A stretch of 64,000 nt of DNA, taken from an uncultured Planctomycetota bacterium (GTDB lineage: Bacteria > Planctomycetota > Planctomycetia > Gemmatales > Gemmataceae). The stretch is from positions 512,001 through 576,000 of the forward strand of contig CAWKHF010000002.1 in NCBI GenBank assembly GCA_963849325.1, read 5' to 3'. The position numbers and the translations under genes were made by a program. The notes beneath the pieces were generated by a model. It made no database searches. It was not told the origin of the DNA and saw nothing but the letters and a program-made list of their open reading frames with translations. Shown one piece after another: positions 34,132 to 45,387 of this stretch (position 1 is the stretch's first letter; each line of letters starts with the position of its first letter).

Positions 34132-34217
34132 GCAGGTACCCTCCACGGCTCCGGGCGTCTCCGGCTCGGGGCCGTCTTCCTATTTCGGCCCCACCCCGGA
34201 GACGCTGGGACCACCGC

Positions 34218-35423
34218 ATGACGGCATCCACGTTACCAACCCCTGCGCGCGCGTCCCGGCAAATCGCCGCTGCCGCACCCGCTGTTCGATTACCACCCGC
34301 TGACGCGCGTGGTGTACGGACCCGGGACGCTGCAACGCCTGGGCGAGTTGGTCCGCGAGCTGGGCGGCGCACCGGCCGCTGCTCGTCACCGATCCGGGGT
34401 TGTGGGCGGCCGGCCATCCGCAGCGGGCTCTGGCATCGCTGCGCGAGGCGGACCTGGAACCGATCCTGTTCGACGGCGTCGAGGAGAACCCGACCAGCCG
34501 GCACGTCGAGGCCGGCGTGGACGTGGCCCGGCGCGAGCGCATCGATTTCCTCATCGCCGTCGGCGGCGGCAGCTCGATGGACACGGCCAAGGGCATCAAC
34601 TTCCTGCTGACCAACGGCGGGCAGATGTCCGATTACAAGGGCTTCGGCAAGGCGAACACGGCCGATGCTGCCGTCCATCGGCGTGCCGACGACAGCGGGC
34701 ACCGGCAGCGAGGCGCAGTCGTTCGCGCTGATCGCCGACGAGAAGACGCACCTGAAGATGGCGTGCGGCGACCGCAAGGCCGCCTTCCGCGTCACCATCC
34801 TCGACCCGGAAGTGACCGTCTCGCAGCCGCGCACCGTCACCGCCGTCACCGGCATCGACGCCCTGTCGCACGCCCTGGAGTCCTACGTCTCGACGCGCCG
34901 CAACCCACTGTCGCAGGCGTTCGCGCGCGAGGCATGGCGGGCGCTGGAGCAGAACTTCGACACGGTCCTGCGCCGACCCGACGACCTGGAGGCGCGCGGC
35001 GCCATGCAGCTGGGGGCGCACTTCGCCGGCGCCGCCATCGAGAACTCGATGCTCGGCGCCTGCCACGCCTGCGCCAATCCGCTGACGGCTCATTACGGTC
35101 TGACGCACGGCATCGCCATCGGCATCCTGCTGCCTCACGTTCTCCGCTTCAACAGTTCGGCCGTCGGCACCCTGTACGGCGACCTGGCCCACGATGTCGG
35201 TCTGGTCAACGGCGACACGCTGGCGGCCGGCGAAGTGCTGGCGCGGCGCGTCGAGCACTTCATGCAGACGGCGGAACTGCCCACGCGGCTGTCGGAATGC
35301 GGCGTCAGCAGTGGCATTTTGCCGGTGCTGGCCGAGGAAGCCGCCCAGCAGTGGACCGGACGCTACAACCCGCGCCCCGTCAGCGAAACGGAGCTGCTGC
35401 AACTCTACGAGACGGCGTACTAA
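34218..35423 (+). CDS. Iron-containing alcohol dehydrogenase (frameshifts)
   Basis: RVVYGPG, VEENPT, GGGSSMDTAK, VPTTAGTGSE, GIDALSHALESY, HACAN...HGIA metal ligands. Confidence 0.9.
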
Positions 35424-35426
35424 AAT

Positions 35427-35558
35427 AGAACTAACCACAGAGTCACAGAGAACACAGAGAAAAAAAGAGAATAAAGCATGAACCGGCTTCCTTGCACCTG
35501 GGTTCGATTTTCTCTGTTTTGTCTTCTCTGTGCTCTCTGTGACTCTGTGGTTAGTTCT
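35427..35558. repeat. Inverted element (AACCACAGAGTCACAGAG...CTCTGTGACTCTGTGGTT) whose right arm lies in a signal-peptide coding region
   Basis: 35-bp arms at 35427-35461 and 35524-35558 with one mismatch. Confidence 0.88.
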
Positions 35559-36609
35559 TCTTCTTCGGCCGCGGATGATTGGCCCGTCTTCCGCGGCAAC
35601 GCCGAACAGACCGGCGTATCCCCCGTCGCGCTGCCGGACAAGCTCGACGTGCTGTGGAAGTTCGCCACCAAGGACAGCATCGAAGGCGCCCCCGCCATCG
35701 CCGACGGCGTCGTCTACGTCGGCTCCTTCGACGAGTATCTCTATGCCCTCGACCTGATGACCGGCAAGGAGAAATGGAAGTACAAGGCGCGGCCCCATCA
35801 AGGCGTCGCCGGCCGTGCGCGGCGGGGCCGTCTACGTCGGCAACTCCGATGGCATCTTTCACTGCGTCGATGCCGCCAAGGGCGAGAAACGCTGGACCTT
35901 CGAGAGCGGCGGCGAGATCACGTCCGGGGCCAACTTCGCGGGTGAATTCGTGCTGTTCGGCTCCTACGACGAGACGATGTATTGCCTGACGAAGGACGGC
36001 AAGAAGAAATGGGAGTTCAAGACGCAGGGGCCGGTCAACGGCTCGCCGGCGGTGGCGGCGGACCGGACCTTCGTGGCCGGCTGCGACAGTGCCCTGCACG
36101 TCCTCGACATCGCCACGGGCAAGGAAATTCAGTCCGTCGATCTCGGCGGCCAATCCGGGGCGACCGGCGCCGTCCTCGGCGATCATCTCTACGTCGGCAC
36201 CATGACCAACCAGTTCGAGGCCATCGACTGGAAGAAGGGCGTCATCGCCTGGACCTTCCAGGCCGGCGAGCGTGCCCAGCCGTTCTACGCCTCAGCGGCG
36301 GTGACCGAGGAGTTCATCGTCGTCGGCAGCCGCGACAAGCGCATCCACGCATTGGAGCGCAAGACGGGCAAGGAGGCGTGGAGCTTCGCCACGGAGGGGC
36401 GCGTGGACGCCTCGCCGGTGATCGTCGGCAAGCGCGTCTTCGCTCCGTCGCTGGACGGCAACCTGTACGTCCTCGACCTGGCCAACGGCAAGCAACTCGA
36501 CAAGATCGAGTTGGACGGCCCGGTCGCCGGCTCGCCGGCGGTCGCGGCGGGACGGCTGATCCTCGGCACCAGCAAGGGCACCGTCTACTGCTTCGGCGCG
36601 AAGAAGTGA
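35478..36609 (+). CDS. Exported PQQ-like/BamB-like beta-propeller protein 6 (frameshift near 35790)
   Basis: DWPVFRGNAEQTG, regular blades 'SPAV..G.VYVGS.D..LYALD..TGKEKW'. Confidence 0.9.
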
Positions 36610-36739
36610 TTCACCTGCGGCCGGACACTCGTTTTTCCACGGGGATTTGCTAGAAACAGGCGTAGCAACGACCGAGCCGCTGGCGGCTTAGCACGTTGCG
36701 CGAAGCCGCCAGCCGCGCCGTTCCCCTTCGAGGTGTTCC

Positions 36740-39695
36740 GTGCCGCGCTCCCCCGTGTTGATGCTGCTCATTTTCGCTTTCACGCTGTTCACTAGCGCCA
36801 CGCTGCTGTTCCTGGTCGAGCCGATGGTCGGCAAGATGATCCTGCCGCTCCTGGGTGGAACGCCGGCGGTGTGGAACACCTGCATGGTCTTCTTCCAGGC
36901 TGTACTGCTGCTGGGTTATCTCTACGCCCATCTCAGTACGTCGTGGCTGGGCGCCCGCAAGCAAGCGGTGCTGCACGTGTTCCTGCTCCTGCTGCCGTTC
37001 CTGTTCTTGCCGGTGGCCGTCAACCGGGAGCTCATCAAGGGAGACGAAGATCCGGTCGTGCTCGTGCTGCTCTTGCTGTCACTGTCGGTCGGCCTACCGA
37101 TGTTCGTGGTCAGCGCCAGCGCGCCGTTGTTGCAGAAATGGTTCGCCAGCACGTCGCATCCGGCGGCGAAAGATCCGTACTTTCTCTACGGCGCCAGCAA
37201 CCTCGGCAGCATGTTGGCGCTGGTGGCGTATCCGACCGTGGTCGAGCCGTTCCTGCGGCTGAGGCAGCAGAGCATGGACTGGTCGATCGGATACGGCCTC
37301 CTCGTGACGCTGACGGCGGTCTGTGCCGTGTTCCTCTGGCTGTCGCCGCGGAACGTCGAGACCGGCGACAAGACGGCGGGCGCGGCGTCCGGGAGCGTAC
37401 CCGCGTCGAAGGAGTATTCCTCCGAGTCCATCCAGCCGAGCAAACAGGGCATCCGCGCCGGCAAACGGCCGAAGTCGAGCACACCGGCCGATGTCTCGAT
37501 CAGCCACACACTCACGGGGGCCGTGACGTGGCTGCGCATGCTGCGCTGGGTGGCGCTGGCGTTCGTGCCATCGAGCCTGATGCTGGGGGCCACCACCTAC
37601 ATCACCACGGACATCGCCGCCATCCCGCTGTTGTGGGTGGCGCCGTTGGCACTCTATCTGCTCAGCTTCATCCTCGTCTTTTCTCACATTCCCTCCTGGT
37701 TACAGAGACTAATGGTGATTGCCGGCTGCGCGGCAATCAGTCTATCGCTCGGGATCCTCTTCTGGCACCTGGGTACACAGGCTAACAGCGGCCTCGTTCA
37801 ATTGGCATGCCGACTATTGGCGATTCTGATATGCGGAGGCGGCGCCTATGGGTGCTGGCGAATTTGGACAATCCACTCCAACAACCTTCTTCACCAAGTC
37901 TTGATTCTCCTTCTACCGCTGTTAGTGCTGGGGCTGCTGTTCATTATGCTGTCGGAACTGAAGATCAAAATCGCCTGGAGCCTGGGTCTGCATCTGACGA
38001 CGATGTTCGTCGTCTCGATGGTCTGCCACGGCGAACTGGCCCGCGACCGGCCGGCCCCGAAATACCTGACCGGCTATTTCCTGTGGATGTCGGTGGGCGG
38101 TGTTCTGGGTGGATTGTTCAACGGCCTGGTGGCGCCGCTGATCTTCAATGGCATCGCCGAGTACGAGCTGGCGATGATGCTGGCGTGCTTCCTGACGCCG
38201 CCGTTGGGGACCACCGGAGAGAGTTCCTGGGGTCGGCGTGCCGACCTGGGGCTGGCCGGCCTGTTCGCCGGCATCGGTGTCCTCCTAGCCTTGTTGCGGC
38301 TGCGCGATCGCAACTTGCCCTGGGACGTGCTGGCGAGCGGTCCCTGGCCGTGGGAGCTGGCCGCCCTGGTCCTGGGCGTGGTCCTCGGTGTTGTCGTCGC
38401 CGTCCGTGCCCGCGACAAAAAGTTCGACCACTGGATGGACCTGCTACTGCCGGTGTGTCTGGGACTGCTGCTGATTGGTCTGTCGTGGGGATTGTGGGCG
38501 TCCGCCGTAACGCTGCGCGTGCGCAAGATCGCCGAGGTGGTGCATGTGGAGAGCACCTATTTCCGCCGCCTCCTCACCTACCTCGTGCCGGTCGTCCTCT
38601 GTTACACGTTCGTCGAGCGCTCGCTGCGTTTCACCCTCGGCGTAGGCGCGGTCCTGTTGGCGAGCGGCTTTTGCGGCATCCTCGATGATAGCGTGCTGCA
38701 CCAGGAACGCAGCTTCTTCGGCGTCCTCAAGATCGAGCACGAGGCCGAGGAATTCCACGAGGAACTGTTCGTCTTCCGCCGCCTCGTCCACGGCACGACG
38801 CTGCACGGCGTCCAGCTCCTCAACGAGGACCGACACGATGAGCCGCTGACGTACTACCATCGCACCGGCCCCATCGGCCAGCTCATGCTGGCGTACAACC
38901 CCGATACGCGGCGCAACCTGGCGGTCATCGGCCTGGGCACCGGCACCATGGCCTGCTACGCTCGTCCCGGCCAGCACTTGACCTTCTACGACATCGATCC
39001 GGTCGTGCGCCGGCTCTCCTTCGACGAAGGCGACCCGTATTTCAGCTTCGTCAACGATGCCCGCCAGCGCGGCGTCAACCTGGACCTGGTCATGGGCGAT
39101 GCCCGCCTGACCATGGAGCGCAAGCAACTTCAGGAATCCGAGAAGTATGGAATTATGATCGTCGATGCCTTCAGCTCCGACGCCATCCCGATCCACCTCA
39201 TCACGCGCGAAGCGATGCAGGTCTATCTCGACAAGCTGACCGACGATGGACTGCTGGCGTTCCACGTCTCGAACCGTTATCTCGACCTGCGGCCGGTGCT
39301 GCTGAACCTGGCGCGGAGCGCGGCCTGTCCGCCGTGTATCAAAGCGACGACCGCGAGAAGGATCCTCGCTCCACCGCTTTCCTCGGCAAGACCAGCTCGA
39401 CGTGGGTGGTGCTGGCCCGCAAGAGCGAGTACCTGGATGGACTGCGCGAGATGAACGACTGGGAGGACCAGCGCAAGGACCTGCGCCGGAGCTGCTGCCG
39501 CTGGCGGTGTGGCCGGACAACGGCACCGGCCTGGCGGCGCAAGCGACGTTGCTGCGCAATCTCCTTGATGAGGAGATATGCAAGCGGCCGGCGAAGTGGA
39601 AAGAACTGGAGCCGGACGAGAGTTGGCCGGACATCGGCAAGGTCGGCGTGTGGACGGACGATTACTCGAACCTGCTGAGCGTCTTCTGGTGGTAA
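36740..39695 (+). CDS. Fused multi-TM membrane domain / spermidine-synthase-like SAM-dependent transferase (frameshifts near the 3' end)
   Basis: 'LLFLVEPMVGK..LPLLGGTPAVWNT', 'DPYFLYGASNLGS', HGTTLHG, VIGLGTG, YDIDP, GDAR, VDAFSSDAIP.HL, WTDDYSNL. Confidence 0.88.
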
Positions 39696-39708
39696 TGTTG
39701 CGCTGCCG

Positions 39709-41439
39709 TCATTCGCCCTTGAGGATGGCCTCGGCCTGCTTGTCTCCGCGATAGAGTTCCTTCAGCGCCCTCCGCAGGGCGTCCGCCTCTTTCTCCTTGC
39801 CCTGCTGGCGCAGCTCGCGTGAACGGCGTACCGCTTCGTTCACCGGACCCCATTGACGCGGCGCCGCGCGGTCGGCCGGCCGATCCAGCTCCTTCTCGGC
39901 CAAGCTGCACCCACGGTTCCTCCGAAGGTACGTCCTGGAACGCTCGCACCAACGCCCTCCACTGGCGCTGTGCCGCGTCCTCCTCACCCCGCTGGCGCAG
40001 CCGCAGTCCTTCCTGGTAGAACCACTGCGCCTCGCTCATCGGACCTGCCTGCCGCGCCGTGCGGCGCGCTTGACGCACGTCTCGGGCCGCCTCGTAAGAA
40101 CGGCGATACTCCTCGATCTCCGCGCGGTGCGGCGTGTCGGGATGCTTGGCCAGCAGCGGACCGAGATACGTCTCCCAGGCCGTCTCCCAGTCGTCGGGGT
40201 TGTCCGACTTCATCAGGACCGCCCCACGCTGGTACATGGTCTCGGCGCTCAGCGGCCACAACGCCCAGGCGATCATTCCCACGGTCAGCGCCAACAGCAC
40301 CGCGATCACCAGCGGCCGGTTGAAGAACTGACGAACGGGACCGCCGCTCTTCTCGCGTTCCAGTTCTCGGCGCATGAGCCGGCTCATCAGCGTGGCCGGT
40401 CCTTCCACGTTGCGGTGGTCGCCAGTCGTCGCTTGGGCGGCCGTGTATTCCGCCGTCTTCGCGTTGGCGTGGGTCGCCCGGTAAGCGAGCTTGCGCTTGA
40501 GACTGTCGAGTCCGCGGAACAGCACCATGGCGTCGCCGGGCCGCTTGGCGGGATCCTTCTCCAGAAGCTGGCAGATCATGTCATCAAGTTCGTGCGGGAC
40601 CTCCGGCACCAGCCGAGAGGGCCGGTCGAACTGGGCGAAGCGGTGCTTGTGCAAGAGATCGAGCGGTTCGCCCACGAACGGCGTGCGGCCGGTCAGCAGC
40701 GTGTACAGGACGACGCCGAGCGAATACAGGTCGCTGCGGCGCGTCACCGGCTTGCCCGCCGCCTGCTCCGGCGACAGGTATTCCGCCGTGCCGACGACGC
40801 CGCCCGTCACCGTCAAGTGCGGACTGGCGAACAGGCTGGCGATGCCGAAGTCGGTCAGCTTGACCAAAGGAGTGGCTAGTGGCCAGTGGTCAGTGGCTAG
40901 GGAAGACGCTTTTCTCTTCCCTAGCCACTGACCACTGGCCCCTAGCCACTTCCTTCCGAGGCTCGCAGCAGGTTGGACGGTTTCAGGTCGCGGTGGATGA
41001 TGCCGCGGTCGTGAGCGTGCTTGAGGGCCGGAGCGATCTGCCAGGCCAACTCCAACACCTCCGGCCACGGCAGCCGACCCTGCCGGGCCAGCACGGTCTC
41101 GTAACTCGGCCCCGCCACGTACTCCATGACAAAGTAGGAATGGCCGTCCTGCTGGCCGGACTCGCGGAAACGCACGATGTTGGGATGGTCGAGCTGGCGC
41201 AGAATGTCGATCTCGCGCTGGAAACGGGCCACGAAACCGGACTCGACGGCCAACTCGGCGGCGAGTACCTTGATGGCCGATTGTTCGACGCCGTCCGCTC
41301 CCCCCTCACCCTTGCCCTCTCCCCCCCTGGGGGGAGAGGGTAGGGTGAGGGGGGAGCGATGGGCCAGGTAGACGCGGCCCATGCCGCCGCGGCCAAGTTC
41401 CTTGTCGATGATCCAGGAGCCGAGTCGAGTGCCGATCAT
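39709..41439 (-). CDS. Membrane-anchored Hanks-type Ser/Thr protein kinase with two palindromic insertions (frameshifts near 40960 and 39900)
   Basis: LGRGGMGRVY, AIK, HPNIV, HRDLKPSN, DFG, GTAEYLSPE, DLYSLG, TM helix, helical C-terminal domain. Confidence 0.9.
40870..40950. repeat. Inverted heptamer-array element (AGTGGCY)n...(RGCCACT)n inside the kinase gene
   Basis: agtggctagtggccagtggtcagtggctaggga ... ccctagccactgaccactggcccctagccact. Confidence 0.9.
41298..41358. repeat. Palindrome CCCCTCACCCT.GCCCTCTCCCC...GGGGAGAGGG.AGGGTGAGGGG inside the kinase gene
   Basis: Near-perfect hairpin; translated in frame as SPLTLPSPPRGGEGKGEGG. Confidence 0.9.
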
Positions 41440-41555
41440 GAGAGGTCACTGCCCACGGCGCCAACAAGGGGAATCCCCTGATAAGCATATCGCGGACAAG
41501 ACAGGCTTCCTACTACAATGAGAAGGACTTCGTGCGCTTGCCAGGAGATGCCCTC

Positions 41556-41988
41556 GTGAAGACGGCCCTGTTGCTCATCGCCCACGGCAGCCGACAGGAG
41601 GAAGCCAACGCGGACCTCCATCACGTTGTCGCGGAGTTACACGCGCGAGGCGCGGCCATTGTCGAGGCGTCGTTTTTGGAGCTGGCCGAGCCGGACATCG
41701 ACGAGGGGGGCCGCCGCTGCGTGGCCCGAGGGGCCGAGCGCGTCGATTCTGCTGCCGTATTTTCTGTCGGCCGGCGTCCACGTTCGCCGCGACCTGGCCG
41801 AGGCGCGAGCGAAGCTGGCCGAACGCTTTCCGGCGGTGGAATTTCGCCTCGCCGAACCGCTGGGCCGACATCCGCTGCTGCTGGACGTGGTGGCCGAACG
41901 AGCGCGAGGCGGGCGCGTAAATGTTGGAGATTTCCGCGACCGTGGCTCGATGTGGAGCCGCGGCCAGTCACACAGAACCTTGGGATGA
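41556..41988 (+). CDS. cbiX: Short CbiX/SirB-family sirohydrochlorin chelatase (frameshift near 41745)
   Basis: LIAHGSR, FLELAEP, PYFLSAGVHVRRDL, EPLGRHP. Confidence 0.85.
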
Positions 41989-41999
41989 GTTAATCGACC

Positions 42000-42952
42000 A
42001 TGCGATTCGATGAGTTCTATAGCCGGATGACCGGGCCGCACATCTCCTTTGAGGTCTTCCCGCCGAAGACCGACGCCGCCATGACGTCGCTGCGCCGCGT
42101 CGTGCCGGAGTTGATCGAACTGGGGCCCAGCTACATGACGGTGACGTACGGCGCGCTCGGCTCCACGCGCGAGCGGACGCTGGAGATCGCGGCGCTGCTC
42201 AAGCGCGAGTACGGCATGGAGTCGGCCTGCCACCTAACCTGCGTCGGCTCCAGCCGCGCCGACCTCGACCGCCTGCTCGACGACATCCGCGGGGCCGGCA
42301 TCGAGAACATCGTCGCCTTGCGCGGCGACCCGCCGCGCGGCGAGACGGCGTTCGTGCCGCCGCCGGACGGCTACGGTCACGCCAACGAATTGGTCGCGCA
42401 CATCCGCCGCCGTCACGGCAACGGCACGAACGGCTTCGGCCTGGCCGTGGCCGGCTATCCCGAAAAGCACATCGAGTCGCCCGACCGCGACAGCGACCTG
42501 CGGCATTTCAAGAACAAGGTGGACGCCGGCGCCGACATCGTGATCACGCAGCTCTTTTACGACAATGCCGATTTCTTTTCCTTCGCGGATGCCGCGCGCG
42601 AACTGGGCGTGACCAGGCCGATCGTACCGGGCCTGTTGCCGGTGTTGTCGGCCAAGCAGGTATGCCGCATTACCTCGCTGTGCGGTGCGAAGATCCCGCC
42701 GGCGCTGCGGGCGAGCTGGAAAAGGCCGGCGACGACGATGGCCATGCCGAGGAGATTGGCATTCGCCAGTGCGTGGCCCAGGCGACCGAGTTGCTGCGCC
42801 GCGGCGTGCCCGGCATCCATTTTTACGTGCTGAACAAGTCGAGCCACATGCGGCGCATCATGGAGGCGCTTCGCCCCGTGATCGCCGAGGTCCGCCAGAA
42901 GCGCCCGGATGAGAGACCCGGACGCCGAACACCGAGAGGAAGACGTCTGTGA
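42000..42952 (+). CDS. metF: 5,10-methylenetetrahydrofolate reductase (frameshift near 42710)
   Basis: SFEVFPPK, VTYGA, HLTC, ALRGDPP, AGYPEKH, KVDAGAD..ITQLFYD, HFYVLN. Confidence 0.93.
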
Positions 42953-43906
42953 AAACGCCCTGGTTCCTCGTCTGTGCCGTCGGGATCGGCAGTGGTGCCG
43001 TCGTTCGCGCCGAGGAGGCGTATCCGCTCTCGATTCCCGTTCCTCCCGGCCGTCCCGCTCCCGTCTACAAGCGTCTGGACGTGCAAGGCCGTGACGGGGT
43101 CAAGCTAATCGTCCACGAATGGGCGCCGCCGAAGCCCATCGCCGGCAAGCCGGTGGCCCTCTTCCTCCACGGCATCGGTATGCACGGCGAACCTTACGGC
43201 GCCGTCGCCGCCGGCTTCACGTCGCACGGTATCGCCTTCGTCGTCCCCGACCTTCGCGGGCATGGCCGCTCCGGCGGCACGGCGCGGCGAACTGGCTCCG
43301 CCGCACGTGCTCCGCGCCGACATCGGCGCCGTGATCGACCGCATCCACCAGCGTTATCCCGGCTCTCCGGTGGTGCTGCTCGGCGACAGCATGGGCGGCG
43401 TGCTGGCGACGGACTACGCCTGGCGCGGCGAGCAGCGCCTGGCGGGCCTGGCCCTGCTCGTGCCGGCCTTTGGGCTGAACAAGTCCCAATGGGACAAGCC
43501 GGGCGACGATCTGACGCACCTTCTCTCGAAGGGCACCGTCGCGCTGGGCACGGAAGCCAAGATCGGTCCCAGCACGCAATCGAAAGGGTTTCTGCAGGCG
43601 CGCCTGGCCGACCCCCTGGCCTTGCGCGAGGTCAAACTGTCCTATCTGACGACGATCGCCGAGATGCAGACGGCCTGGCCGCGCGCCGCCGCCGAGATCG
43701 AGCTGCCCCTGTTCGTCTGCGTTGGGAGCAAGGACCAGGTCATCGACAACGCACTCGCCCGCCGCTTCTTCGATCGCGCCGCTACTCCGAAGGAAGACAA
43801 AACCTGGCGAAAGGTGGACGGCGCCTATCACACCGTTTGCTGGGATCCCAGCACGCCCGAGCTGATCGCGGAGCTGGCGCAGTGGATTCTTCAACGCTCG
43901 AAGTAA
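42949..43906 (+). CDS. Exported alpha/beta hydrolase, lysophospholipase/monoglyceride lipase-like (frameshift near 43280)
   Basis: HGIGMHG, DLRGHGRSG, GDSMGG, GSKDQV, GAYH catalytic triad motifs. Confidence 0.88.
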
Positions 43907-43944
43907 CATCCGACCTCTTGCTAAACCGCTCTTGTTTCTTTTCG

Positions 43945-43975
43945 TCAACTGTATTAAGAGTCGTCATACAGTTGA
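43945..43975. promoter_or_regulatory. Putative GntR/YtrA operator
   Basis: Perfect 10-bp inverted repeat TCAACTGTAT-N11-ATACAGTTGA, 30 bp upstream of the GntR start. Confidence 0.75.
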
Positions 43976-44004
43976 ACGACTGGGCTGGCGTGGAGGAGCG
44001 AGGC

Positions 44005-44403
44005 ATGAGTTGGCACATCAGCACCGCGAGCCGGCTGCCGATCTATCAGCAGCTGGTGCAGCAGATCCGCGAAGCGATCGCGCGCGGCGAACTCCAGCCC
44101 GAGGCCATTCTGCCGTCTGTGCGGCAACTTTCACGCGAGCTGATTGTCAACCCGAACACTGTGGCCCGCGCCTACACGGAGCTGGAACGCGAAGGCTTGC
44201 TCGTGAGCCGGCCCGGACGCGGCATCTACGTCGCGCAGCCGCGCAACGACCTCACCCGGGCCGCGCGCGACCGGCGCTTGCTCGAACAACTTGATCGCTG
44301 GTTGACCGAAGCCGTCCACCTCGGCTACGCCGCCGACGAGGTGCTCGGGCTGGTCGCCCGCCGCGTGGGCGAATTCCAATGGCAGAGCGATGGAGCGGCG
44401 TGA
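44005..44403 (+). CDS. GntR family regulator, YtrA subfamily
   Basis: PIYQQL..QI, LPSVRQLS.EL.VNPNTVARAY.ELE, GRGIYV; short C-terminal domain; followed by ABC genes. Confidence 0.92.
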   Translation: MSWHISTASRLPIYQQLVQQIREAIARGELQPEAILPSVRQLSRELIVNPNTVARAYTELEREGLLVSRPGRGIYVAQPRNDLTRAARDRRLLEQLDRWLTEAVHLGYAADEVLGLVARRVGEFQWQSDGAA

Positions 44404-44414
44404 AAGGAGGACTA

Positions 44415-45387
44415 ATGGTCATGGACGACGCGATCCGGACTCATCGGCTGACCAAGTACTACGGCAGTCGAAAGGTGGTGGACGGACTCGATCTACGCAT
44501 CCCGCGCGGCTGCGTCTACGGCTTGCTCGGCCGCAACGGTGCCGGCAAGTCCACCACGCTGAAAATGATTACCGGAATGGTCCGGCCCGATTCCGGCCAG
44601 ATCGAGCTACTCGGCGAGGACATCGAGGCGCTCTCTCCGGGAACGCGCGCCCGCATTGCCTACCTCGCCGAGGGCCATCCGCTGTACACCTGGATGACGA
44701 TCCGCGAGGCCGTCGCCTTCGCCACGTCGTTCTACGCCAATGCGGATCGAGCATTGGTCGAACAAATCCTCGATCATTTCGCCCTGTCCCCGAAGGCGAA
44801 AATCGGCCGACTGTCCAAGGGGCAGCGCGCAAGTGTCGCTGGCGCTGGCCCTCGCCCCGGACCCGGAGCTGCTTATCCTCGACGATCCGACGCTCGGACT
44901 GGACCCGAACGTGCGCCGCGATTTCCTGGAATCGATGATTCAAATCATCCAGCGCCGCGGTCGAACCATTCTGTTCAGCTCGCATGTGCTGGGCGACGTG
45001 GAGCGCATGGCCAACCGCGTCGGGGTGATGATCGACGGCGTCCTGCGCGTCGATTGTCCTGCCGAGCACTTCAAGCGTTCGGTGCGCAAGGTAGTGGCGG
45101 AGTTCGACCGTGAGCCGCCGACGCTGCCGGCGTGTGCGGGATTGCTGAGCGATTGGCGCGTCGGCACGCGGCGCGAGCTGGTGTTCGTCGGCTACGGACC
45201 GCAACAGCGGGCCGCCGTCGAGGCGCTGGCGCCGCAGCGCGTCGAGGTGATGGAGCTGAACCTGGAGGATGCGTTCATCGAGTACACGCGCGGCCGGCGG
45301 CGGCCGCTGCCGACTTTCTCGGGAATACAGGCCGATGGTCAAGGAGGACGGAGCGATGAAAGCGCTGGTGCGCAAGGAGCTGCGTGA
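44415..45387 (+). CDS. ABC transporter ATP-binding protein, YtrB-like (frameshift near 44830)
   Basis: GRNGAGKST, LSKGQ, LILDDPTLGLD, SSH. Confidence 0.9.

Noticed and set aside
20917-36609. PQQ-dependent dehydrogenases or true BamB
   Set aside because: Only the generic propeller repeat is visible. I see no quinoprotein active-site signature, no pqq genes and no bam/der context.
42949-44403. Hydrolase-GntR fusion in the 484-aa ORF
   Set aside because: Artefact of a frameshift near 43280. The hydrolase ends at 43906 and gntR has its own operator, RBS and ATG at 44005.
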